From the IMG/VR virus record IMGVR_UViG_3300044949_002487: a stretch of 64,000 bases of DNA; one strand, 5' to 3'. Position numbers and translations under genes: made by a program. Under the pieces are notes generated by a model. That model ran no database searches, was not told where the DNA came from, and was given only the letters and a program-made list of their open reading frames with translations. Shown here in pieces: positions 18,175 through 27,562 of this stretch (within the stretch, counting starts at the first letter, position 1; each line of letters opens with the position of its first letter). This DNA comes from an uncultured virus (IMG/VR IMGVR_UViG_3300044949_002487) (taxonomy: Duplodnaviria > Heunggongvirae > Uroviricota > Caudoviricetes).

Positions 18175-19842
18175 ATGCGCCCACTGACCAAAGAAGCCGA
18201 AGCGAAGCTGATCAGCGCGATCGAGCGCGCTGCTGCGTATGTAAACGGCGGTCTCACCCCAAACGACGCAATTGTCAAAAGCGCCAGCGAATCTGACATC
18301 CCGTCAGGTCATATCAACCTGATGGTTCATGCTTATAACACCGGCCGAACGACCAAGCAGCGCGAGCAGGGTAACGACACGCTGGAGAAGGCGGCCGACT
18401 TCCCGCTGGCCGACGCTGTGACCGTGATGGACGCGCTGTTTCCCAAGGCCGTGAAGACCTCCGCCGAGATTTCACGCAATCATGTGGTTTCCGGCGAATA
18501 CGCCGTCGACCCCGCCGGAATGCTGGCCCGCCGCAAGGCCGCCCAGACTAAGTCGGCAGCTGCAAAGATATCTTTGCCCGAGAAGACGTGGGTCGCTCCG
18601 CCGCGTGACGAAGAGGCCGCCGTTAGGCGGGCGGCCTCGGAAAAGCGCGCTGCAGAGTTGGCCCAGGAAGAGCTTCGCCGCCAGGCTACGGTCGCCTATA
18701 GCAAGGCGGCCGCGGCGATGGAGGAGCTTCACGAGTATTTCCGTCACCCGGGCAATTTGAGTTTCCAAGACGCCGTGCGCGAGACCGAACTGCGCTACGG
18801 CGAAGACGGCGTCAACGTGCTGAACAAGCTCGCCGCCGTCTATCCACATTTGACGAAGCAGGCCGCCACGCGTGACCTGATTCTAGGCGAGTGCCAGCCC
18901 TGCAAACTGGCCGCTGCCGTCCTCACGGCCCTCGAAGCCTACAACGAGGCGCAGGCACGGGTGCCCGCGGCGAAGCAGGCCGCGGCAAAAAAAGCCGAGC
19001 CAGCGGTCATCACCGGGAGCATTTTGTACAACCCCGCCGATGAGCCGCTGGAGTTGAAATCGGCTGCCGAATACGACGAGTTTGGTCGCGGCAAGACGAC
19101 AGGCCCCGTAAAGCCCTTGCGCGAATACGACAGTTTTCCCGGCACCCCAGCCGACGAGCGCGACGAACTGCACGTTAAGTATCGGTCGCAGAACCCGCAG
19201 GCCCGTTCTGAGCAGCAGATGGCCGGGTCAGCGTTTGCGGACATGCTGGAGCAGCAACTTGCCGAAGAGCAGGCTGCCGCTGAAGCAGAGGCTGCCCCGC
19301 CTGCGCCCCCATCGCCGCCAAATCGGCCGCCGGTGCCCCCGGCGCCCGCTGAGCGACCTGGTCGCGCTCCGCAGCCGCGCCGACCGGCACCAGGCGGCGG
19401 CGACGGCGGCTTCAGTCTGGCTCCGGCGCGTAGCGGTTTTCTTAGCGCGGCCAAGGCCATCGCCAGCCGTATGGCGCAGGGCGCTGCCGAGGGCGAGAAA
19501 AAGATGAAGACCAAGGCTTATCAGAGCCTTACCGATCCGGAGCACGAGTCGGCGCTGCGCGGTATCCGTGCTCAAAGCATGCTCCACGATCTGGTCCTAA
19601 ACGACCCGGTGATCTCAGGCCATGATCCGGCCGAAGTGGCCCAGGCGTTCAACGAGTTGGCTGACGTTGCGCCGCAGTTCGTCGACTCGCCAGCCGCCAT
19701 GCAGGCCCTGCTGCGCAAGCGGCTTGAGGCCGGGCAGATGGCCGACTTCGACGTGAAGCAGCTTCTCGACATGGAGAAGGCCCGCGCCGAAACGGGCAAG
19801 GCCCAGATGGAAACAAAAAAGCTCGAGCAGCAGCTGATCTGA
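18175..19842 (+). CDS. Ala-rich helical protein with many KxA motifs, putative inner-head protein
   Basis: GAGGAGG RBS; KEA, KSA, KAA, KQA, KLA motifs; Pro-rich linker. Confidence 0.7.
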   Translation: MRPLTKEAEAKLISAIERAAAYVNGGLTPNDAIVKSASESDIPSGHINLMVHAYNTGRTTKQREQGNDTLEKAADFPLADAVTVMDALFPKAVKTSAEISRNHVVSGEYAVDPAGMLARRKAAQTKSAAAKISLPEKTWVAPPRDEEAAVRRAASEKRAAELAQEELRRQATVAYSKAAAAMEELHEYFRHPGNLSFQDAVRETELRYGEDGVNVLNKLAAVYPHLTKQAATRDLILGECQPCKLAAAVLTALEAYNEAQARVPAAKQAAAKKAEPAVITGSILYNPADEPLELKSAAEYDEFGRGKTTGPVKPLREYDSFPGTPADERDELHVKYRSQNPQARSEQQMAGSAFADMLEQQLAEEQAAAEAEAAPPAPPSPPNRPPVPPAPAERPGRAPQPRRPAPGGGDGGFSLAPARSGFLSAAKAIASRMAQGAAEGEKKMKTKAYQSLTDPEHESALRGIRAQSMLHDLVLNDPVISGHDPAEVAQAFNELADVAPQFVDSPAAMQALLRKRLEAGQMADFDVKQLLDMEKARAETGKAQMETKKLEQQLI

Positions 19843-19849
19843 GGACGTT

Positions 19850-20476
19850 ATGGAAGACAACATGCTCAACGCGCTCGCTGAGAATCTCGCCCACCAGGCG
19901 GTCTACGGCGAACCCGATCCGATGGTGAAGTCGGCGCTGAACATGGGCGACATTCAGTCCGGACTGTCGAGTGCGCTGGAGAACCCGGCGCTGCGCAACG
20001 CTCTGCTGGGCGCCGGGGCCGGTGGTCTGATGGGTCTTGCGACTGGCGGCGAAGATAAGAAGCGTAAGGCGCTTCACTACGCGCTGCTTGGCGGGCTCGG
20101 CGCAGGCGGCCTAACGCTTGGCGCCAATATGCTCGGCCAGGCTACAGCGCCGCCGCCGAAGGAACTCCAGGCGCCGGTGAAGAGCAAGCTCGGGCCGGTT
20201 GCTAAGGGCGTTGGCGTTGGTCTTGGCGCAGCTGGCGCTGCAGCTGCCGCAGGTTACGCGCCGATCGCAGCCAAACAAATTAATCGCGCGGCAATTCGCG
20301 GCGCACTGCAAGCAGGCAAGGCGGTTCCGGCAGCCGCGCCTTATATCAAAGGCACTCTTCGCGGCAGCGGCGAACTGGCCAAAAATTTCAGCAAGCTCCC
20401 GCGGGCTGGAAAGCTTGGTATTCCAGCGGCCGGAGCGCTGCTGATGTATTCGCTTCTGAACCGCGGCAACCAGTAA
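19850..20476 (+). CDS. Glycine-zipper protein, putative ejection protein
   Basis: VKSA followed by ALLGAGAGGLMGL, ALLGGLGAGGL, GVGVGLGAAGA. Confidence 0.6.
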   Translation: MEDNMLNALAENLAHQAVYGEPDPMVKSALNMGDIQSGLSSALENPALRNALLGAGAGGLMGLATGGEDKKRKALHYALLGGLGAGGLTLGANMLGQATAPPPKELQAPVKSKLGPVAKGVGVGLGAAGAAAAAGYAPIAAKQINRAAIRGALQAGKAVPAAAPYIKGTLRGSGELAKNFSKLPRAGKLGIPAAGALLMYSLLNRGNQ

Positions 20477-20485
20477 GGCACTCCC

Positions 20486-21946
20486 ATGAGCATGATCAAG
20501 ATCATCCAGCCGAACTCGCAGGATTTCAGCGAGCCGGTGGCGTCGCTGATCAAGATTTCCAGTCGCGGCCTGCTCGGCGCCGACAAGGACGCTTTTGTGA
20601 AGCGCGCGGGCGTTGATTTCGCCGAGCGGCTCAACCGCATCAAATTTGCGGCTGACGAGATCCCGGTTCACATGATCGCGATCGGCGCCACCGAGGATTA
20701 CGGCCCGAACCGTAACGCCGACGGGTTTACCCGCGATTGCTGCCGCAAGCATTACCACACGTTCGAAAAGTTCGCGAAGTTCTACCGCGATCACCTCAAT
20801 AAGAACCCTGCCAAAAGCTACGGCGTTGTGAAGCTCGCTGCCTACAACGAGCCTATGCACCGGATCGAGCTGATCTGCGCGCTGAACGCCAGCAAAGAAG
20901 CCGCCGAGCGTAATGGCGGCCTCCTCGCCGACAAGGAGATGGAAAAGCTTGCCAAGGGCGACGATATCGGCGTTTCGATGGCCTGTAAGATTCCATTTGA
21001 CGTTTGCTCTGGCTGCGGTAACAAAGCCAGAACACGCGCTGAATATTGCGACTCGGTCGAGAACGGCGGCATGTGCAAGGCTGGCGGCCTGAAGCACAAC
21101 CTGGGGCGCGTCCTATCCGACGGGCACATCCTCCACGCCGACAATCCTGATCCGACGTTCTTTGATATCAGTCACGTTTTCCGGCCTGCTGATCGTATTG
21201 CCTACATCTCTGGCACGCTGCAAAAAGCCGCGAGCGCTGGTGTGCTTTCCGGAGCCGAACTGGCTGAGCAGCTGGGCGTTACGGCCCCGCTTAATTTCGA
21301 CCGCGACGGCGCTGCCTCGGCGCGCCTGCAGCGCCAGCTCGAGTCGCTTGAAAAGCTTGCGGCAGCAGAAATCGCAGCAATTAACGATCCCCGCGCCTGG
21401 ACACAGGCGGCCTTGGCGTCGTCGGCTAATGTTCAACCGCCCGTTGATTTCGCCCCGTGCGAAAATGTGAAGTTGGCCGAAGTTCTCCGCGCACTAGCCG
21501 ATGCTGGTGTTGTGCTGCCGGTCCGCGAGTTCCTGTCTCTTACGGTAAAAGCCGCCAGCGAAGAGCTTGTGCGCGCCGTGACTAGCGAACTGGACGGTGT
21601 CTTCAGTAAACTTGCCAGTGATCCTGATATCGTTACCGCGCTCGAAAACAATGCGTTTTTCCCAGCCTCGGCTGCTTCCTCGCCTGTGCGAGTGTGGGCG
21701 GAAAAGGTAGCAATGACGCACAGTGTTCGTCCGCACGCCGTTGAAAAGCGCGCTTATCAAGCCGCTCTTCGCGACGTTTGTACATTCGATCGCGTTAAGG
21801 AATCGGGGGCGGGTACCGCCGCGTCGGCGGCCCTTGCGCGTCAGTACGCTTTCTATAAGATTGCGGCCTACGCGTCCCTGAACGAGAAATATGGGAATTG
21901 CTGGTTGACAGCAAACCATTGTGTTCTGCAAAATTATGTCACGTGA
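20486..21946 (+). CDS. Prohead (capsid maturation) protease
   Basis: NRNADGF…YRDH…GVSMACKIPFDVCSGCG…FFDISHVFRPAD matches the His/Ser pattern of phage prohead proteases with a CxxC; lies upstream of scaffold and capsid. Confidence 0.7.
   Translation: MSMIKIIQPNSQDFSEPVASLIKISSRGLLGADKDAFVKRAGVDFAERLNRIKFAADEIPVHMIAIGATEDYGPNRNADGFTRDCCRKHYHTFEKFAKFYRDHLNKNPAKSYGVVKLAAYNEPMHRIELICALNASKEAAERNGGLLADKEMEKLAKGDDIGVSMACKIPFDVCSGCGNKARTRAEYCDSVENGGMCKAGGLKHNLGRVLSDGHILHADNPDPTFFDISHVFRPADRIAYISGTLQKAASAGVLSGAELAEQLGVTAPLNFDRDGAASARLQRQLESLEKLAAAEIAAINDPRAWTQAALASSANVQPPVDFAPCENVKLAEVLRALADAGVVLPVREFLSLTVKAASEELVRAVTSELDGVFSKLASDPDIVTALENNAFFPASAASSPVRVWAEKVAMTHSVRPHAVEKRAYQAALRDVCTFDRVKESGAGTAASAALARQYAFYKIAAYASLNEKYGNCWLTANHCVLQNYVT
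21905..21934 (+). promoter_or_regulatory. Possible sigma70-type promoter (TTGACA-N18-CAAAAT) upstream of the scaffold/capsid genes
   Basis: AT-rich patch in the 3' end of the protease gene with a consensus -35. Confidence 0.3.
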
Positions 21947-21991
21947 ATGGAATCCGCGCGCTAAAGCGTGTGGGGCCTAAAGGAGAAGATC

Positions 21992-23302
21992 ATGGCACGG
22001 ATGCAACGATCGCTTTTTGCGCAGCTCAACGCACTGGCTGAAGAGATTTCGCACACTGGTGTGAAGTCGGCCGCCGAGAAGAAGGCGGAGGGTGGCCCCA
22101 CCCCAGCTGACCCCGGCACCTACACTGGTGCTTCTTCGCACCCGACCGCTCACGTTGACAACAACGTGCAGAAGGCGGACACCGGCGCTCGCGCCGCTGA
22201 GTACGAAGCCGACATTAAGAAGCAGCAGGGTGCTCTGGCGGTGGACAACACCCCCGAGCTTCCCTACGAAGGTCGGCAGGATGAGGTCCAGCAGAACATC
22301 GGCACGAACGTCGCCGCCACTGGCGAAGACCCGGCCGCTGAGCACGATTACAAGGGCGATAAGGACGACCCGGGCACCTCGCACCCCGCGAAGGCCAATG
22401 ACGGCGAGAAGTACTCGTCGGTCACCTTCAAGGAAGCGATGGACCGCGCTGCGTCGCTCGGTAACGACATTCTCGCGACCCTTCTTAACGCCAGCACGGA
22501 AAAGGCGGCTGAAATGCCCGCCTTTCTGAAGGCAAAAAAAGATGAGCCCGCCAAGAGTGAATCCAAAGGCGAGCTGAAGGGCGACCAGCACAAGCTTGAC
22601 GTCGACAACGACGGCAAGATTGAAGGGTCGGACCTTGCGGCGCTCCGTGAAGGCAAGGAAGCGGCCTTCAAGGCGGGCTACGAACTGGCCGCTGCGCTCG
22701 GCATGAGCAAGGAGGCTGCCGAGGCTTCCGTGCGCGAGGTCGCTGCTAACACGCTCCGCGAGGCTGACGAGATGGCGGACCTGTTCATCGGGTTCCTCAC
22801 CTCGAAGGCGGCTGCTGCGGACATGGGCGACGAAGCCGCCGAGGGCGAGGATCACTCGGCCCCCGGTGACGACGAGTCCGGCGCCAATCCTGCTGGCGAG
22901 ATGGGCGGCGAAGCCGCTGGTCTCGAGGGCATGATGGGCGGCGAAGAAGCGGCTCCGATGGGCGCCGAAGGCGCGCCGTCGGAGGACGAGGCAGTTCAGG
23001 AACTGGCCATGGCGCTCGAAGAACTCGGCATTCCGCCGGAAGCTCTTCTTAACGCGCTGCAGGGCGAAGGCGGTGGCGCTGGTCCCGAAGCTGGAATGGC
23101 TGCTGGCCCCGAAGCTGGAATGGCCGCTGGTCCTGAGATGGCTCCGAAGATGGCTTCCGTGAACGACTTGAACGCGATCGGCTCTGCCGTCATCAACTTC
23201 AAGCGGAGCGGCAAGTTCCAGGTCAAGGAAGCCCGCACCAAGCGGTCGCGTCAGCTGCGCGACATCATGAAGCAGCACGTCCTGGAACTCGTCAACCGAT
23301 AA
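21992..23302 (+). CDS. Putative scaffolding protein (acidic, low complexity)
   Basis: AAGGAG RBS; lies between protease and capsid; EF-hand-like DVDNDGKIEGSD; many KxA motifs. Confidence 0.6.
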   Translation: MARMQRSLFAQLNALAEEISHTGVKSAAEKKAEGGPTPADPGTYTGASSHPTAHVDNNVQKADTGARAAEYEADIKKQQGALAVDNTPELPYEGRQDEVQQNIGTNVAATGEDPAAEHDYKGDKDDPGTSHPAKANDGEKYSSVTFKEAMDRAASLGNDILATLLNASTEKAAEMPAFLKAKKDEPAKSESKGELKGDQHKLDVDNDGKIEGSDLAALREGKEAAFKAGYELAAALGMSKEAAEASVREVAANTLREADEMADLFIGFLTSKAAAADMGDEAAEGEDHSAPGDDESGANPAGEMGGEAAGLEGMMGGEEAAPMGAEGAPSEDEAVQELAMALEELGIPPEALLNALQGEGGGAGPEAGMAAGPEAGMAAGPEMAPKMASVNDLNAIGSAVINFKRSGKFQVKEARTKRSRQLRDIMKQHVLELVNR

Positions 23303-23323
23303 ATCACACGGAGGTTTGAAACC

Positions 23324-23749
23324 ATGTCCAACAGCACCAACCCGCTTGTCCAAAACATCGTCGACTATATCGGTTATTCCGATGCGGCGATGACCAAGGC
23401 TGCCGCGGTGATCAAGGAGCGCGAAGAGCAGACCGAGAAGCTCGCTCGCCTGATCCCCGAGGCCGTCAAGGCCTGCCTCGAAAACGAGCGGGTCGAGCCG
23501 CACCAGAAGGAGGCCCTTGCGAAGGCCCTCGAGAATCCGGTGCGAACCATGGAACTCGTGATCAAGCTCGCGGCGCATAAGAACGCTGCCGAGATGGCAC
23601 GTTTGGGTACGCCGGTGGCCACGAAGACCGCCGGTTACGACCCGTCGAACAGCCTGACGAGCGGGTATGTGGGCGCTCGTGACGGCAAGCTCAAGGCCTC
23701 GGACATCAAATTGTTCCAGGGTCTTGGTCTGAACCCGCCCACTGCCTGA
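23324..23749 (+). CDS. Head-module helical protein (scaffold-like)
   Basis: GGAGG RBS; KAA/KLA/KEA/KTA motifs. Confidence 0.65.
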   Translation: MSNSTNPLVQNIVDYIGYSDAAMTKAAAVIKEREEQTEKLARLIPEAVKACLENERVEPHQKEALAKALENPVRTMELVIKLAAHKNAAEMARLGTPVATKTAGYDPSNSLTSGYVGARDGKLKASDIKLFQGLGLNPPTA

Positions 23750-23797
23750 TTTCAAACGGATTTGTGATAACCACGAAAAAGACATGGAGGTCTTAAC

Positions 23798-24346
23798 ATG
23801 GCAACTGCTCCCAATCTGATCACTGAGAAGGGGCTCGACGTCAAAAAGGGCTGGTTCCAGATGGCCGCCCTCGACTACGACGCCAAGCTCGCTTCGGCTG
23901 TCTCCTTCGACGTTCCGCGCGGTCGCGTGGTCCACGTTGACTCGGACGGCAACTTCCGCCCTGGTGCGCACAACACCGGCGTTGCGATCTTCCTGCTCAA
24001 CGGCTCGGCCGAAGCGGACGTCAGCAACCCCGGCACCACGGCTTCTGGCAACTTCATGCACCGGGCCATCGCCCCGACCGGCAAGATGTCCGGCCTCGTG
24101 GCGACGGGTGGTTACGAGATCGCGTCGACCGAGTTCGACTCGTCCCGCAGCTACGCCCCGGGTGATCTGCTCACCGCGACGGCGTCGAACTCGAACGCCA
24201 CGACCGGCGGTCGGATCACGAATGAGTCGGTCGAGCAGTTTGTGACGCCGGTGGTCGGTGTCGTGTCGTCCGGTAAGGCCAAGAACCACAACGGGGTCTA
24301 CGCGCTGTCCTTCTGGACGGTGTGGCTCCCGGGCGAGGCCGCCTGA
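23798..24346 (+). CDS. Putative capsid decoration/cement protein
   Basis: Immediately upstream of the MCP; YAPGDLLT…VVGVVS pattern of beta-tulip decoration proteins. Confidence 0.6.
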   Translation: MATAPNLITEKGLDVKKGWFQMAALDYDAKLASAVSFDVPRGRVVHVDSDGNFRPGAHNTGVAIFLLNGSAEADVSNPGTTASGNFMHRAIAPTGKMSGLVATGGYEIASTEFDSSRSYAPGDLLTATASNSNATTGGRITNESVEQFVTPVVGVVSSGKAKNHNGVYALSFWTVWLPGEAA

Positions 24347-24366
24347 GTCCATCCCTAGTTACACCC

Positions 24367-24382
24367 GGAACATGGAGGTTCC
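24367..24382 (+). promoter_or_regulatory. ANGGAN-hexaloop hairpin over the MCP RBS (CsrA/RsmA-type site; representative of about 18 copies)
   Basis: GGAAC-ATGGAG-GTTCC; the other copies are listed in the findings. Confidence 0.65.
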
Positions 24383-24386
24383 TTAA

Positions 24387-25313
24387 ATGCCCACTCAGCA
24401 AGAAATCCAGCTGCTCAACGAGACCCTCTTCGAGCAGCTCGACACCCCCGGCATGCAGAAGCAGGCCGTGGACGCGGTTAACGACTTCACGCGTACCAAG
24501 ATGCGTGAAGACGGGTTCTACCGGCGGATTATGCCGCCGCTGACCATCACCAACGACGAGCTTGACCGTCAGGTTGACACTGACAAGCCCGTCAAGGTTG
24601 TGGACAAGGAACCCGATTCCCCGGCGGCTGTGTCGCTTCCGTTCGCGACGCTCCCGATCAACTTCTACATCCGTGGCCCGCGCTACCGCGTCATGTTTGA
24701 CCGGATCGTGTCGCCCCGCGCTGTGAAGGACGTCGACGAGCTGCGCACCTACGTGATCGACATCCGGCAGGTTCTCTCGGACAACATGATCAAGGACATG
24801 CTGGCCGAGGAAGACTCGAAGTTCATCGCTGCCCTCGACGCCGTCCTCCCGACTCCGGGTGTGGCGAACGTCGCGTCGGACACGGTGCAGTACGAGGAAA
24901 TCCACGGCGGCATCACGCGTGAGACGATTGTCGACGCGCTGAAGGTCATGCCGCGGACGCCCTCGCACTTCGAGGTCGAGACCTGCCTGGTGAACAACAT
25001 CACCATCAAGGAGCTGCTGAAGTTCGGCCGCGACGAGATGGGTGGTGACTTCTCGCAGGACATCATCAAGAACGGTTGGGCGGAGACCAACTTCCTCAAC
25101 TGCCGCTGGATCGTCACGATCAAGCGGAACCTCGTTCCGGACGACACGATGTACATGTTCGCGTCGCCCAAGTTCATCGGCAAGAACTACGAGCTGGAGC
25201 CCACCACGATGTACATCCGTCGTGAGGCCTACATGCTCGAGTACTTTGCCTACAACACGCAGGGTGGCTCGTTCGGTCACACGAACGGCCTCGCCCGCGT
25301 CGATTTCAAGTGA
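24387..25313 (+). CDS. Major capsid protein (HK97-fold, inferred)
   Basis: 308 aa, extreme codon bias, strong RBS, followed by a stable hairpin; MREDGFYRRIMPP N-arm; synteny after protease, scaffold and decoration. Confidence 0.8.
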   Translation: MPTQQEIQLLNETLFEQLDTPGMQKQAVDAVNDFTRTKMREDGFYRRIMPPLTITNDELDRQVDTDKPVKVVDKEPDSPAAVSLPFATLPINFYIRGPRYRVMFDRIVSPRAVKDVDELRTYVIDIRQVLSDNMIKDMLAEEDSKFIAALDAVLPTPGVANVASDTVQYEEIHGGITRETIVDALKVMPRTPSHFEVETCLVNNITIKELLKFGRDEMGGDFSQDIIKNGWAETNFLNCRWIVTIKRNLVPDDTMYMFASPKFIGKNYELEPTTMYIRREAYMLEYFAYNTQGGSFGHTNGLARVDFK

Positions 25314-25323
25314 TGCCGTGATA

Positions 25324-25362
25324 TTCGGGTGGCGGGCGCCTCAAAACCGCCCGCCACCCGGA
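25324..25362 (+). terminator. 13-15 bp GC hairpin after the MCP (mRNA-stabilising or terminator; no U-tract)
   Basis: CGGGTGGCGGGCG / CGCCCGCCACCCG is a perfect inverted repeat. Confidence 0.6.
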
Positions 25363-25384
25363 ATCGAAACCAAGGAGAGCACTT

Positions 25385-25783
25385 ATGAGCGATGTGAAAG
25401 TGGCGGCGGAGCAGGCTTACAACACGATCGTGTCGGAACTTGCCGCGCCGTATTTCTTTGAGAAGCTGGCTGCCCACGGCGTCGCGCCGGGTTCCGAGCA
25501 GGAAGCTGCCGACATGTGGTCGGCCGCGCAAAAGCTTCACGTGCTCTACACGGCTGAGCAGGAGAAGGCCGCTGCGGCGAGCGCTTCGGGCCTGGCTGCT
25601 GTGAATCAGGAGCTGGACGCCATTCTCGCGGCTGCGGGTTTTGGCGGTGAGAACGCCGCGGCGACTGAAAAGTCGGCCGCGTTTAACGGTGCTGCGGGTG
25701 TTGTGGCTGACCAGCCTGAAATCGCCAACGCGATTCTCACGCTGCAGGCCGCGGCCGCCGCCGCGATGCAAGACGCCGAGTGA
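25385..25783 (+). CDS. Ala-rich head protein with KxA motifs
   Basis: AAGGAG RBS; KVA, KLA, KAA, KSA. Confidence 0.7.
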   Translation: MSDVKVAAEQAYNTIVSELAAPYFFEKLAAHGVAPGSEQEAADMWSAAQKLHVLYTAEQEKAAAASASGLAAVNQELDAILAAAGFGGENAAATEKSAAFNGAAGVVADQPEIANAILTLQAAAAAAMQDAE

Positions 25784-25801
25784 ACAGAAAGAGAGTAAAT
25801 C

Positions 25802-26167
25802 ATGCCCTATACCCCTGTGACCACTGGCCTGTACACGACGGTTGAGAACACCTCTGGCGCTGACAAGGTGTTCGGCTTCCTCGGCACGCACGGCAAGCGC
25901 CTCGAGGCGAACGAGACCTACACGGTCCCGGGCGACCTGGTGAGCAAGCTCGGCGCGCTGCGGAGCCAGCGTAAGTTCAAGGCGCTCGAGACGGCGCTGC
26001 AGGATGGCGATCTCAAGATCGTCAGCTCGCCAGCCGTCTATCTCTACTCGGAATCGTCCGAGGTGACCCGCGAACTGTCGCTCGATGGTCTCGTTATCGG
26101 CACGGTCGACCCCCAGTGGGATCCGACCGGGACCGGCACCAGCGATTTCGTCGACAACGACGACTGA
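25802..26167 (+). CDS. Hypothetical virion protein
   Basis: Strong coding bias; in the head module. Confidence 0.7.
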   Translation: MPYTPVTTGLYTTVENTSGADKVFGFLGTHGKRLEANETYTVPGDLVSKLGALRSQRKFKALETALQDGDLKIVSSPAVYLYSESSEVTRELSLDGLVIGTVDPQWDPTGTGTSDFVDNDD

Positions 26168-26195
26168 GCTGGCCGAGATCAACCGAAACGTTCAA

Positions 26196-26231
26196 GAGGA
26201 AGGCTGGCTGCGTATGCGGCCAGCCTTCTTC
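26196..26231 (+). terminator. 16-bp hairpin, probable terminator or processing stem
   Basis: GAGGAAGGCTGGCTGC-GTAT-GCGGCCAGCCTTCTTC. Confidence 0.6.
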
Positions 26232-26247
26232 GCTATGGAGACCGAAC

Positions 26248-26358
26248 ATGCGCCGCCATTCGCTCGTGTTCATGACTGCCTGCTGTTGCGTCCTTTGGCC
26301 CGAGGCTGCCTTTGGCGCGGCCTTGGTTGTTTGGGCCGCCCGCCTTTACATGGAGTAA
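26248..26358 (+). CDS. Possible 36-aa hydrophobic peptide
   Basis: GGAG RBS; MRRHSLVFMTACCCVLWPEAAFGAALVVWAARLYME fills the intergenic gap. Confidence 0.35.
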   Translation: MRRHSLVFMTACCCVLWPEAAFGAALVVWAARLYME

Positions 26359-26361
26359 GCC

Positions 26362-27378
26362 ATGGTCGTCATCGCCACACCTAGTCCGTACCCGCAGGTG
26401 CCCTATCCGGAGCCCCAGGTCTCAAACGGGCAGCTCAACCCGGTTCCCTGCGCTACCCAGAACGTCATTAGCGCCCCAATCTCCACGGTCAACAAAGTGC
26501 CGGTCTACAGCCGTATGCGGGCTGTAAACCTCACCCAGGGGCAATGCGGCGCGATCGACTGGCAGCTTCACGATAAGGACGGCCACCCGGTTAACCTGGA
26601 GCCATGCGGCCTTACAGACGGCTCGCAGAGCGTCGCCGATGTCGACTTCAAAATTGTTCTGCGCCTTAAAGAGCAGCTGAGCCTGGGCAACCAGCGCCCG
26701 CCCATCGAGGTGGACGCGACCGTTGTAGACGCGTCTGAAGGCCGTGTACGGGCCGAACTGACCAAAGGTATGACGGACCTGGCTGGCGTCTACTACGGCG
26801 AGATGGCCATGGTCAGCACGCAGGCAGAGGCCGCCGGGCAGCCTTGCGTCGTCTTTTCAAATACTTTCTCGGTTGTGATCAACCGCGGCACCTTTGGCCC
26901 CCAGGGTGAGCAGGGCGGCCCGCCGTCAATCGCCGAGATTCGTCTCCACCTCCGCGACAGCGCGCCTGGCGAGAGCTTCCTGCTCGACAACCTGATGTTC
27001 GACGATGCCGAGATCGCCCTGGCCATTGCCCGGCCGATCATGTATTGGAATGAGACGCCGCCGCCACTGGGCGACAACTACACGACACAGAACTTCCCAT
27101 TCCGCTACCACTGGCTCGAAGGGATCTGCGCCAACCTGTTCCTGATGGTCGCCGAGCAGTTCCGCCGCAACGACTTCCAGTACGCGGCCGCGGGCCTGCA
27201 GATCAATGACCAGAACAAGTCTCAGGCGTACGAACAGGCTGGGCAGGCGCGCTGGCAGGCGTACCGAGAATGGGTCCGGGTCACCAAGGCCACGATCAAC
27301 CTCGAGAGCTGCTACGGCGAAGTGACGAGCACTTACAAGTACTCGGCCTACACCAGCGGCGCCCGGATGCGCTACTAA
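26362..27378 (+). CDS. Head-tail adaptor-like protein with N-terminal beta-sandwich
   Basis: C-terminal IRLHLRD…FDDAEIALAI…WNETPP helical adaptor-like region; synteny after the MCP. Confidence 0.5.
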   Translation: MVVIATPSPYPQVPYPEPQVSNGQLNPVPCATQNVISAPISTVNKVPVYSRMRAVNLTQGQCGAIDWQLHDKDGHPVNLEPCGLTDGSQSVADVDFKIVLRLKEQLSLGNQRPPIEVDATVVDASEGRVRAELTKGMTDLAGVYYGEMAMVSTQAEAAGQPCVVFSNTFSVVINRGTFGPQGEQGGPPSIAEIRLHLRDSAPGESFLLDNLMFDDAEIALAIARPIMYWNETPPPLGDNYTTQNFPFRYHWLEGICANLFLMVAEQFRRNDFQYAAAGLQINDQNKSQAYEQAGQARWQAYREWVRVTKATINLESCYGEVTSTYKYSAYTSGARMRY

Positions 27379-27562
27379 AAACACGGCAAAACGCAGGCAT
27401 ATTAAGTGCCCTGGGTGTTTCTACCGGGGCGCGTTCTCTGCGCTGTTTTGGTCCGGTAGTATTGCGCTACCGTGTGAGGCGCGCGGGATAGATATCTTTC
27501 GGCGTCCGTATAAGGGACGCAGCGCGCTGGGCGCTACCCAGCAGCTTTCGAAGGAGACGACC
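27379..27562 (+). other. Highly structured intergenic leader (at least 5 hairpins)
   Basis: Hairpins at 27396-27410, 27408-27430, 27454-27472, 27502-27520 and 27526-27542, plus AGATATCT at 27490. Confidence 0.5.

Noticed and set aside
21977..24352. 791-aa minus-strand ORF spanning the scaffold to decoration genes
   Set aside because: Same shadow-ORF effect over highly biased genes that happen to share a frame; the composition is not protein-like.
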